Shown here: positions 29,334-39,160 of the stretch, in pieces
How positions within the stretch are numbered: position 1 is the stretch's first letter
How the letters are laid out: each line of letters starts with the position of its first letter
Virus record (IMG/VR): IMGVR_UViG_3300017716_001756
Location: 1 to 64,000 of that record
Reading direction: 5' to 3' (one strand)
DNA length: 64,000 nt
Origin: a virus
Taxonomy: Duplodnaviria; Caudoviricetes
Program-made: the position numbers and the translations under genes
The notes under the pieces: model-generated
What the model was told of the DNA's origin: nothing
The model's input: the letters and a program-made list of their open reading frames with translations, nothing else
The model's database searches: none

Positions 29334-29580
29334 ACCATACTAAATTCTTAAAATACTTTGAATTTGTTGGTTTATTTTAATGTTACAGTCAGATTCCTTA
29401 ATATCAATTATATATATGGTTTTTGACTTTTTAATATTAAAACCGTTTTTATATATTATATAAAACCCTTTATTTTAATATATAGAACAATTCCCCTATA
29501 GGGACGAATTTCCCTAGTGTGACTGTAACATTTGCTTTTCTTGTTACATTTCAAAGGATTTTAAGAATTTAGTATGGTTT
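29332..29580. repeat. 249-bp AT-rich concentric inverted-repeat element (candidate origin or terminus signal)
   Basis: 31-bp arms 29332-29362/29550-29580 (1 mismatch), 13-bp arms 29379-29391/29520-29532, central palindrome TTTTATATA-T-TATATAAAA at 29447-29465; all centred on about 29456. Confidence 0.9.
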
Positions 29581-30377
29581 TTTGCCCCAAAATTTCCATG
29601 CTCCACCACCATGCCCGAAAAAGCAGCAGATGCGCTAAGGGTATGATGTTACACGACTTTCCCTAATTCGGGCGATTGGGGACTTTTGGGCTAAGCCTAA
29701 AATATCCCCCTTCCCCGAGCCAGTCAGCCTTTCAACCTGACTGGCGCTTACCACCACCATGCTGCAATGCTTTCGCCTAGCAGCATGGTGCTATGAGACC
29801 TCCTGAAACCTCGGCCAAATCCAAGGCCAAAATCACGGTGCCGTGAAAATGTTCAGACATTACATCATCAGCGACGGCTGCGATGAAGATGGCCTCGGCC
29901 AGTTTCAAATCCGGGTCCAAGAGTTTCAGTTGAAACTCCTTCTCGATCATGACCTGATCTACGAGGACACCGTCTCGGAATACGTCAAACCCTCCGGTCG
30001 TCGGCACTTCCACCCGATGCATGAGCGCACCGATATGGCCGAACTGACGGAAATCGTCATGAACTGGCCCGGTTTCGGGAGCGTGAGCCGCGCTCAAATG
30101 CTGTACCAAGCCAACCACGATCTGACCGTCAACGTCCCCTCTAACGAGTATCTGAAATGAAACAGAACCTCTACCTTCTCGCAATCATCGTCACGCTGAC
30201 CGCGATTGGTATCGCAATGGTCAGCATTCAAGCCTACGCCGACGCAGAATCACGGTACCGTGATTTCACCGAGCACACGATCATCTGCGACGGCGAAAGA
30301 GTCACCCTCACCCAAATGTCGGTGCGCGAAGCCGCCTCGTGGGGTGTAGATCGCTGCGAAAATATGGAGATTCTGCC

Positions 30378-30719
30378 GTGACTCGGGAATTCCACAGGCG
30401 CGAGCGAGCCGTCGTAATCTACATGAATGGCACACTCGCCGGTCATGTTGAAATCGACCGGAATAATTTCATCCACTTTCAGATTCGCGAAGATTTCCGC
30501 CGTCAAGGTCTGATGACCGAGGCGGTCGATTATCTTCGCGAAATCTATGAGCCCCGCTGGTGTGATGACCCCGCCGTCGTCGATTCTTCCTGCTTCATGA
30601 CCGAGAACGGTCAAGCCTTCGCTGATGCCTACCGCACCTCGCGGGGGCTTCCCCTTTCGACCATGATGTGGGTTCCCTGCGGTGAATGGGGGCGTGAACT
30701 TCAACCCCGCATCGCCTGA
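30378..30719 (+). CDS. GNAT-like acetyltransferase (small)
   Basis: IREDFRRQGLMTEAVDYL matches acetyl-CoA binding motif A (R/Q-x-x-G-x-A/G region). Confidence 0.55.
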   Translation: MTREFHRRERAVVIYMNGTLAGHVEIDRNNFIHFQIREDFRRQGLMTEAVDYLREIYEPRWCDDPAVVDSSCFMTENGQAFADAYRTSRGLPLSTMMWVPCGEWGRELQPRIA

Positions 30720-30799
30720 TTTCACCACTTATCCTAGTGTCGAGAGGGACTAGGATTTGTCGTGCAATTAGCACGATCACGCTAACGGGAGTCAAACCA

Positions 30800-31051
30800 A
30801 TGCGTATCACGACCTACATCCGCAATCTGATCTTCGGCACCGAAGCGCCGATCACTGAATCGGTGCCCGCACCCCCCGAAACCGACACCGGCGACACCTG
30901 TGGTTTTTCGGTCGGTGACGCCGTCGTCACCCCCAAGGGGAACGTCGGCTCCATTCGGGCCATCGTGGACAGCGAGGCGTGGGTGAAAACCGGCGGCAAG
31001 GGACAGAACGTCGTCGTCCACTGCTCGCTGCTCGACCGCCCGAACCTGTAA
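30800..31051 (+). CDS. KOW/SH3-like small protein
   Basis: FSVGDAVVTPKGNVGSIRAIVDSEAWV. Confidence 0.6.
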   Translation: MRITTYIRNLIFGTEAPITESVPAPPETDTGDTCGFSVGDAVVTPKGNVGSIRAIVDSEAWVKTGGKGQNVVVHCSLLDRPNL

Positions 31052-31720
31052 ACCCTCCCACCCCTCTCGAAAGGAAAACCCGCACCATGAACAGCATCCG
31101 CTGGCTCATCACCGACCGCAAGACCGGCAAGGTCCACACGGTCCCCCACCCCGCCAACAAGCAGGAACGGGAGGAATTCCAGCAAATCCTCCATAACGTC
31201 CTGTAACCCCCGATCCGGGTTCTGAGCCCCTTCCTCCCCATCTACTGCGTTAGCGGTGGGTGGGGAGATTTGGTCTCAAAATCACGGTGCCGTGAAATGT
31301 CGTTGAATATGTCTGTCATCCTGAATAAGGATGGTTCCGTCCTGAAATTTCCTGTGGCCAGCGAGGGTCTCTATGCCGAAATCAAAAAGCTTCCTGAGGT
31401 TTTTTCGGTCTCCCTCTACGACGGCGACGAACACGTCAAAACACACGTTCAACGCTTCGCCCAGCGTTAAACACCTGATCCTCTGGTTCTGCCTCGGCTG
31501 GATTTTGGCCGCAATTCTCGCTCCCTTCATAAAGGTTGACCATGACTGGCCCGAAGACGACGCTGGCTATCGCTGAAGTTTGGCAAGGCACCACACTTCT
31601 GGAAAGTTTCACGGCTTACCGTGAAACTGATGCCCGCTGGAAGGCTCACCTCTATTGCCGGTCAACCGGCGTTCGTGGACACCGTATCCACGTCTATTTC
31701 AATCTCTGTGGAGAAGACCT

Positions 31721-32413
31721 GTGACCCCACCTTTCACCCGCCTACGCAAGATGGGCGATGAAGTTCGCATCATCAGCGATTTCGATTCCAAAAACAACGG
31801 TCGCATCGGCACGATCAGACAGGTGGTCCAAGCATTCGGACCAATCGTCTACATCGTCGATTTTCCAAAAAACCCATGCTGCCCCAAGGCCGATGTTGCA
31901 GGGACTTTTCCCGAGCATAAGGTGATGGATGCGGCCCTGAAGGTCGGTGACCGCGTTCGCACTGCCGTTGATGGGAAACTTAACGGCGCTTCGGGTACCG
32001 TTGAACGTATCCGCACCGATGGTGCCTTCGTCCTCTTCGACGGCCAATCCACCTCCACCTACCACCACGGATCGTGGTTGGTGGTGCAGCGCCCTCTCCC
32101 CCAGAAAATCGAGGTGGGTGACACTGTTCGAATCACTCAAGAATTCAAAATCACCAACATCAGCCCTTACGGTGATGTTGGTACCCCCTTCGGTCACTTC
32201 AGCCAAGAGTTCCTGAGAAATCACGGTGCCGTGATTACTGACAAGGCACCATTGCCCTATATTCCGAAGGTGGGTGAAAAATTCACCGTCGAACACTGCG
32301 GCCCCTACGTCGCCGTGTACGTTGATGCCCTTGTGGTGGCCTTCACCAATGGTCAGCCCCACGATCTTGCTGCGATCATGAAGATCGCTGAGACCAACTT
32401 CCGTCCCGCTTAA
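31721..32413 (+). CDS. Multi-KOW/SH3-like repeat protein
   Basis: KMGDEVRI, LKVGDRVR, IEVGDTVRI and PKVGEKF modules. Confidence 0.65.
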   Translation: MTPPFTRLRKMGDEVRIISDFDSKNNGRIGTIRQVVQAFGPIVYIVDFPKNPCCPKADVAGTFPEHKVMDAALKVGDRVRTAVDGKLNGASGTVERIRTDGAFVLFDGQSTSTYHHGSWLVVQRPLPQKIEVGDTVRITQEFKITNISPYGDVGTPFGHFSQEFLRNHGAVITDKAPLPYIPKVGEKFTVEHCGPYVAVYVDALVVAFTNGQPHDLAAIMKIAETNFRPA

Positions 32414-32427
32414 CAAACGAGGAAAAA

Positions 32428-34083
32428 ATGTTCAGAATTCAATATGTTGGGGAATACGAATTCCTCTACAATCTTTCAGCGGTGTATGAATCGGAGGAAG
32501 CCGCCAAGGCCGCTTTCCCGCCGATCCACTCTGAAGATCGTTCCAGCTACTACACCCGTCGCGACTACTACCCTGAAGGCGCTCCGCTCTTCAAGGCGTA
32601 CAAGATGAGTGCCTTTGATGCGATGAGGCACGTCACGGATTTTTCGAGCTTCGCTCAGAATCCGTGGCGCAACGAGCGCAACATCGTTCGCTATATTTCG
32701 AAGGATATGTATATCCACCCCGATCCCGAGAATAACGCTCTCGTTCGTTTCTGGGATTTCGGGGCTGAACGCTGGACTTCGATGAAGCCGGGGAAATTCC
32801 TCAAGAAATTCTTCGAAGGCACTTTCACGGATCGCCAGATCGATTTCTACTCCGAATTCTGGCGCTCTGGCGAGCGCCCTATGCCCGCCGTCAACTTCGC
32901 CATTGCGATGACCGAAGAGGAAATGGTCTGGGTCTACAAGCATGGCCCTCAGTCCTGTATGAAGGGGTTCGATGCCGTCAAGGTCTATGCCGCCGGAGAC
33001 CTCGGCCTCGGCTACCTGACGGACGAACAGGGGCGGGTTATGGCCCGCGCTCTCTGCTGGCCCGAACGCAAAATCTACGGTCGTGTCTATCCCACCGAAG
33101 GCCGCGCGGATTCTGACCGCATTCTCTATGAGAGCGAAGAGGTTCTCCAATCGATGAGAAACGCCCTCATCAAGAAATTCAGGGACGACGGCTATTCCTC
33201 CTTGGCCGAAAATCCTGCGGGTCTCGATGGTGCTCGAATCCGCTACATCAAGCACGAGAATGGGGCAGTGATGCCCTACCTCGACAATAATCTGAAGCTT
33301 CAGATTACGGATTCCTCGGCGGGGCATTTCACGGTCAGCCGTGATCCTCTGGCTATCGCTGCGGGCACCACCAGCGGCTATATGTCGATCCAGTGGCAGA
33401 CTTGCCACCACTGCAAGGTGGAGGCTATGTCTGGATCGGCGCAGCCTCAAGTCAATCGGAACTGGAAGAATTTCAATACCAGCGGTGGCACCAGAGTCCA
33501 TGTGTGTACCGCCTGCAACAACCTCGAAACGCCCGCCTCGTGGAGAGACTCTGATGGCATTTGGTGGCTGACGAAGGGCAATACCCCCATCAACGCCCTG
33601 ACGCAGGACTTGCCCACCAATCATCCCGACTACTCCCGCTACATGAAGAAAATTCACCCTGAATCTGATGCTGCAAGGCGTATCTGGGTCTCGGACGGCA
33701 ATGGGTTGAGCTATCATGGCAGATATGTCGCTGCCCAAATTCTCCCGAACGGGAAAAAATACGCTCCTTCCGAACTGATCGAGTACCCCCGCTGGTCGGG
33801 CCAATACTTCCTCAAGGACAGTTCCGAGCATATTCAGGCCAAGAAAGACGCCGCCAAGGTTCGTTTGAAGCTCAAGGCCGAACAGGCGCAAGCCCAATTG
33901 GGCTGGCTGAAAGAAGACAAGTCGTACTACGACAAGCACGGCGAATACGAAACGTCCAAGCGGATTTCCGCTCAAATCATGACGGCGGGCATGAAAGCCT
34001 CCCTCGCCGCCAAGAAAGCTTCGTTGCAAACCCGCAACGAGCAACTTAATTCCCTGAGAGGGTCTACCTTCAATGTCGGCTAA
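32428..34083 (+). CDS. Large hypothetical protein preceding the M28 peptidase
   Basis: 551 aa; SCM, RALCW...IYGRVY and PYLD segments; CHHC/CTAC zinc-like pairs; overlaps the peptidase start. Confidence 0.75.
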   Translation: MFRIQYVGEYEFLYNLSAVYESEEAAKAAFPPIHSEDRSSYYTRRDYYPEGAPLFKAYKMSAFDAMRHVTDFSSFAQNPWRNERNIVRYISKDMYIHPDPENNALVRFWDFGAERWTSMKPGKFLKKFFEGTFTDRQIDFYSEFWRSGERPMPAVNFAIAMTEEEMVWVYKHGPQSCMKGFDAVKVYAAGDLGLGYLTDEQGRVMARALCWPERKIYGRVYPTEGRADSDRILYESEEVLQSMRNALIKKFRDDGYSSLAENPAGLDGARIRYIKHENGAVMPYLDNNLKLQITDSSAGHFTVSRDPLAIAAGTTSGYMSIQWQTCHHCKVEAMSGSAQPQVNRNWKNFNTSGGTRVHVCTACNNLETPASWRDSDGIWWLTKGNTPINALTQDLPTNHPDYSRYMKKIHPESDAARRIWVSDGNGLSYHGRYVAAQILPNGKKYAPSELIEYPRWSGQYFLKDSSEHIQAKKDAAKVRLKLKAEQAQAQLGWLKEDKSYYDKHGEYETSKRISAQIMTAGMKASLAAKKASLQTRNEQLNSLRGSTFNVG

Positions 34084-35260
34084 AGGAAAATACGTCGATC
34101 CGCTCCTGATGCGGATGCTTCAGTATAAACGACCGGCATGGTCAGCGACTGAAGAGATTTTCATCGATAAATTCTTGATGGTGCTCCCCGGCGCTCACCA
34201 AGACGACTTCGGCAATGTTCTCGTCGAAGTCGGTGACAATCCCAACATCATGTGGTCGGCTCACACCGATACTGTCCACCACAAGGATGGGATTCAGGGT
34301 CTCAGGGTCAATGGCCCTTGGATTACCCCGATCACCGGCAAAAAGCGCGAGCTTTCCAATTGTCTGGGAGCCGACGACACCGCTGGAATCTGGCTCATGG
34401 TCAAGATGATCGAAGCCAATATTCCCGGCCTCTACATCTTCCACCGTGCCGAAGAAGTCGGTGGTCTTGGGTCCAAGCACATCGCTTCCAAGACCCCCGA
34501 AGTAGTTGAGAGCATCGATTACTGTATCGCCCTTGACCGCAAGGACTATACGTCAGTCATCACCCACCAACGCGGCACCCGTTGCTGTTCCGCCGATTTT
34601 GCCGACAGTCTCTGTGGCATTCTGGGGTCCAATGACTGGAAACCCGACCGTACCGGCGTCTTTACTGACAGCGCCAACTACACCGATTTGATCGGTGAAT
34701 GTACGAATTTGAGCGTCGGATATTTCGCTCAACATGGCCCCGCCGAAAAGCAAAACTGGCTCTTCCTTCAGAATATGCTGGAAATCCTGATTGCCGCCGA
34801 TTGGGGCCTCTTGATCGCCAAGCGCAAGCCCGGTGAAGCTGACCCCGACAAGCCGGTCTGGAAGCCCTACTCTGGCGCTGGTGGCAGCTACGTCGGCGGC
34901 GGTCACCCCTACAAGCCGTGGCAGGGGTATCAAGACGACGGCGATTGGGTCGGCAAATCTGATACGGCTCCGAAACATATCAAGAGCCGTCAAGATTACG
35001 TCGCTTCTGTCGAAGATTTCTGCTACCAGAATTACGCCTCTGTCGCAGAATTCTTCGAGGAACTCGGAATCACCCTCGAAGACCTCGAAGAATACCGTGA
35101 GGGTACCTCTGACGCCTTCGATATCATCATCCGATCCGGTATCGATGAAGTCGGCGGTGACGAGCCTCCGCCTAAGGCCCTCCCGGCACCGGCTCCGAAA
35201 AAGCCTACCAAGGTTGCTCCCAAGCCCAAGGGCCGGGGTAAAATCGTTCAGGTCCACTGA
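34073..35260 (+). CDS. M28/M20-family Zn metallopeptidase-like protein
   Basis: SAHTDTVH, LGADDTAG, AEEVGGLGS, ALDR, TDS, NLSVGYFAQH metal-binding motifs. Confidence 0.85.
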   Translation: MSAKGKYVDPLLMRMLQYKRPAWSATEEIFIDKFLMVLPGAHQDDFGNVLVEVGDNPNIMWSAHTDTVHHKDGIQGLRVNGPWITPITGKKRELSNCLGADDTAGIWLMVKMIEANIPGLYIFHRAEEVGGLGSKHIASKTPEVVESIDYCIALDRKDYTSVITHQRGTRCCSADFADSLCGILGSNDWKPDRTGVFTDSANYTDLIGECTNLSVGYFAQHGPAEKQNWLFLQNMLEILIAADWGLLIAKRKPGEADPDKPVWKPYSGAGGSYVGGGHPYKPWQGYQDDGDWVGKSDTAPKHIKSRQDYVASVEDFCYQNYASVAEFFEELGITLEDLEEYREGTSDAFDIIIRSGIDEVGGDEPPPKALPAPAPKKPTKVAPKPKGRGKIVQVH

Positions 35261-35334
35261 TTAGGGCCTTGTGCTCTTATCAAAAGTGACTATCTGAGAT
35301 AGCCGGGAGTTTCCGACAGTTTCTCCCCGGTTAC

Positions 35335-35461
35335 GTCTGCGTGGCTGAGTGGCTTAAGGCATTGGTTGTGACCCAATAATCTACCTCATGGGTCTAGACT
35401 AATGGCAAGTGGCGAATGGTAGTGTCGTACTTGCCCGTGGGTTCGAATCCCACCACAGACA
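35335..35461 (+). tRNA. Atypical tRNA-like gene, most simply tRNA-His(GUG), with a 59-nt variable region; no encoded CCA
   Basis: Acceptor GTCTGCG/CACAGAC (1 mismatch) + A73; D arm GCTGAGTGGCTTAAGGC; ATTGG-TTGTGAC-CCAAT; T arm GTGGG-TTCGAAT-CCCAC. Confidence 0.7.
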
Positions 35462-35507
35462 AATAATTCTCCAAGGGGGCTTATGCCTTTCGACCCTTGG
35501 AGTTTCA

Positions 35508-35542
35508 GCCCCGACGCTCCCTCGCGGGTAGAGCGTCGGGGC
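35508..35542 (+). terminator. 12-bp GC hairpin downstream of the tRNA-like gene
   Basis: GCCCCGACGCTC/GAGCGTCGGGGC followed by ACAGTTTT. Confidence 0.55.
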
Positions 35543-37197
35543 ACAGTTTTCACGGAGCCGTGATTTTGAAATACTCTGATCTTGGCAAAGTCTCGTGGCG
35601 CAATCATGAGCGCGACGATGAAGACTCCCGTAAGAATTGGCGGAAATTCAACCGCCATGGCCAGCCCGAGGAATTTTCCCGCGAAGAATGGGAATCCAAA
35701 GGCAAAAAACCCAAGCGTAAGGACCACCGATAATGTACGGTTCAGTAGGCTCTGATTTCCGAAACACCGATCCTGCGGCCTATCGCGCCTCTTCCAATGC
35801 CAATCAGGCAAGGTTCAAGCGCGACGACCGCCAACGCATTCTCAAAGCCATGCTGGATGAAGGCTTTGACCCGAACGTGAGTCTGGGCGAGACTTACAAA
35901 ACCATAATCCGAGGATAAAATGAAAGCCCCGAATTCCGAAGCTGCTGACCGCGCCCGCATCACGAAGCAATACGCGGATATGCAGAAGACCCAAGCCCTT
36001 CTTCAAATTCCGATTCTGGAATCGATGGGTTACGTCGTCACCCTTCCCGACACTCTGGTCCCTGAATTGGGGTAACTGATATGGTCATCAAGAAAATCAA
36101 TGCGGCTCGCGCCGCTGCGTATCTTGCGTGTAAGCGCAATCGGCACCATATCGTCCGACACGGACTTCTGGGAACCGCTCTGATCGTCTTCTTTCTTGAT
36201 GCCGCTATGTCGGCATTCCCCATGGTGTCGGCATTCGCCCACACCTTTCTGAAACCGTTCGCCGTTCCTATTGCGGCATTCGCTGGTCACCTCGGGTTTC
36301 TCATGAAACCCGAGCCCAAAGCTCCCGCGTAAAAAGCGGGTATTGCGGGGCCGGGAGGGGGCTTGACTCCACCTTCTTTCGGCCCCGCCTCCTTTTCTGG
36401 ATATCTGAAATGATCCTCGATCCTGTCGAAATTCTTCTGTACGGCACTGCCGCTTTTTTCCTGACTACGATTATCTACCCCGCTTGGGTGATGACTCGTA
36501 AGGAGAAAAAGCGTGAAGAAGCCAAACCCGCAGCCGCGATCTTCTACGGAATTCTGGAACAAGACGTAGGAAGTGGAGCGCGAACGTGGCTCACACCCTT
36601 CGATATTCCGACTATCGATAAAGCTCTGCATGAAGCCGCTGTTTGTTTGAGGGATCGCCGGATCGCTTCTACCACTGTCTTCGTCAGCAAAAATGGGGTC
36701 ATGACCCCCTTGGTTACGATTACTCGCGCCGACTCCAATATTCTGGAACCGAAAACTCATGCTTAACGTCTTTCAAGCCGTCAAGAAGTACGAAATGGGT
36801 GCCCCTTGGGCAGATGCCGCCAGTGAATTGGCGCTGCACCCCGAGAGTGGCCTCTTCATGCACCAAGGCGAATACGCCGTGGTCGAACTTCCGCTCAATT
36901 TCGCCTTCCCTCCTGTTCACCTTACGTTCCTGACCGCTGAAGGCGTCATGGTCAACGCTGGTGAAGACTTCGCCTGTTTTGAAACTGAAGATGACCGCCA
37001 CTGCCTGTGGCGTCTGGATGCGCTGAAGAAGCCTCCTGTCATCCCACCGCTGGTGGCTTGAAAAAAGTTTCCCCTATGCCCTTGATCGACGGTCAAGGCT
37101 CCCCATCTTCGTGTCTCACGAAGACCACCGACTGTCATTCTGGCAGTCTTAACCTGCTGGTCAAAATCCAGCTTCTACAAGAGAAAGTGACTAAACC

Positions 37198-37545
37198 ATG
37201 TGTGGATCGACTCAAACCACTGCTTCGCGTACCGCCTCCGCTTCGGTGAAGGCTTCCGCCCGCCGCACTTTCGCGGTCGGTGACACCGCCCGTACTCCGG
37301 GTGGCTCGACCGGCACCATCATCGCTCAAGATGGTGGTATGTCGTGGATCAAGACGGCGAGCGGGAAGAATTTCTTCCGCAACACCGCTGATCTGCTGGA
37401 TCGCTCGCTGATCGCTGGCGATGCGGTCATCACCCAGAAGGGCAACAAGGCCACGGTTCGCGCCGTTGTCGATGGTACCGCTTGGGTTCAGACCCGTGGC
37501 AACCGTCAGGTCGCTCGTTCGGTTGACAGCCTGACCCGCGCCTAA
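37198..37545 (+). CDS. Tandem KOW/SH3-like protein
   Basis: FAVGDTARTPGGSTGTI and LIAGDAVITQKGNKATV modules. Confidence 0.65.
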   Translation: MCGSTQTTASRTASASVKASARRTFAVGDTARTPGGSTGTIIAQDGGMSWIKTASGKNFFRNTADLLDRSLIAGDAVITQKGNKATVRAVVDGTAWVQTRGNRQVARSVDSLTRA

Positions 37546-37588
37546 GCATCTTGATCACGGTGCCGTGAATTTTCACGGCACCGTGATT

Positions 37589-37645
37589 GCTGCCTCTAAG
37601 CCTGTTAGTCTAAATCACTGACGGTCTTAGAGGCGGCAATTTTTC
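37589..37645 (+). terminator. Long intergenic hairpin following the double operator
   Basis: GCTGCCTCTAAG...CTTAGAGGCGGC then AATTTTT. Confidence 0.55.
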
Positions 37646-37666
37646 CGTCTGAAACCAGAGAAGAAA

Positions 37667-39160
37667 ATGAAACTCGCAGATTTGAAACCCGGCCAACGTG
37701 TCCGAGTGACCGTTGAGGGCGTTGTCTCAACGACCGGCGACCCGAATTACGTTCGTCTGGATGGTGTCGAAGGTAAGGGAGTCTTCCTCGGCAGAAAACA
37801 CCCCGGCGTCACCAACATCGAAGTTCTGCCCGAGCCTCTGAAGGTAGGCGACAGGGTCAAGCCCGGTGCCTCACGATCCTCACAGAAGCACCTTCGAGGG
37901 GAAATTCGGTACATTGACGAAGGTGACCAAGCCGTCGTCCGTTGGACCAACAGTGGTTACGCCCTGAATATCTGGAATCTCTCGAATCTTGAGAAGGCCG
38001 ACGACTGTGAGTGCTAATCGAAAAACGACGCAGTACCCCATGATAGGGGACGAAATCGTCGGAGGAATTTTCGACGGCTATACTCTTGCCGCTGAGAAAG
38101 CGAACAGGAGTATCGTTCTGACCCGTAATAAAGACGAGCGCATCGTCATTACGGGAACTTCATGGGCGAATTTCCCCCACTTCGATTTTGCCCCTCCGAT
38201 CCCCCCGATGAAAGTCGGTGATCGTGTTCGTGCAGCGAAACCCGGTGATTATAGCTCTACAACAAGCGCAGGAACGATCCGGTTTATCGTACCCAATATG
38301 GACTACGGCGTCGTGGTCCAATGGGATTCACAGGAGCGTCTCAACGTCTGGAAAGCTGAAAACTTGGAGCACCTCAATGATTGCTGATCGACAACTCTAT
38401 CGTAAGGGTGATCTGATCGTCCTTCAGACAAAACCTGAACGTCCTTATCAGATGAGTGCCAACAAAGGCGCTGTCGCTATCGTCGTCGCACCTGAAACGA
38501 GTGGTCAGGTTCGTGTCCGATGGCTTTGTGGCCAAAATGGTCAGATGGACGGTGGGTATCGTTCACCGAATTTCCGCTACGCCAACCTCACTGACCAAAG
38601 AACCGCCGCCCAAATTCTTCAGAATGAGGCTGATGCTGCTGTTTGCTGGACCCCACCCCCACCTCCGCCAGTGCCTCTGAAGGTGGGGGACAAAGTTTCG
38701 ACCCGTCTCCACGGAGCCAAACTTGGAGAAATTCGTTTCATCGAAGACGACTACGCCTTCATCAAAAATTCAAGCGAATATGTCGCTTGGAGAATCAACA
38801 ACCTCAAACTCACGGAGAACCCCTGTGACTGTTAAAGTTTCGAGCCTGAAAAAAGGACAGCGCGTCCGAATCGTCGTTGAAGGCGTCGTAAATGACCCGA
38901 GTGCGGCAGATATTTATCTCCGACTGGATTCTGTGGGAGACAAAAAATCCGTCTATATCGGTCACGATCACCCCTCCCTGAAAACCCTCGAACTCGTAGA
39001 CGACCCCATCGTTCAAGGAACGAAGGTCGCGCTCCCTTCAGGGTCAATCGGTGTTGTTCTCTTCCAAGATGGCGGCAAATCTTGGGTTCGCTCCGGCAAT
39101 TCCCATGGCACCTACCTGACCGACTCTCTCCGCAACGCAGATTTTGATAAGGACTGCTGA
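37667..39160 (+). CDS. Four consecutive KOW/SH3-like paralogues (37667-38017, 38007-38387, 38377-38835, 38825-39160)
   Basis: Repeated LKVGDRV / GEIRFI / VVRW / NLE modules; the first and last genes share LKxGQRVRxxVEGVV...RLD. Confidence 0.7.

Noticed and set aside
29332-29580. CtrA boxes (TTAA-N7-TTAA) in the AT-rich element
   Set aside because: Several TTAA tetramers are present, but I found none at the required N7 spacing.
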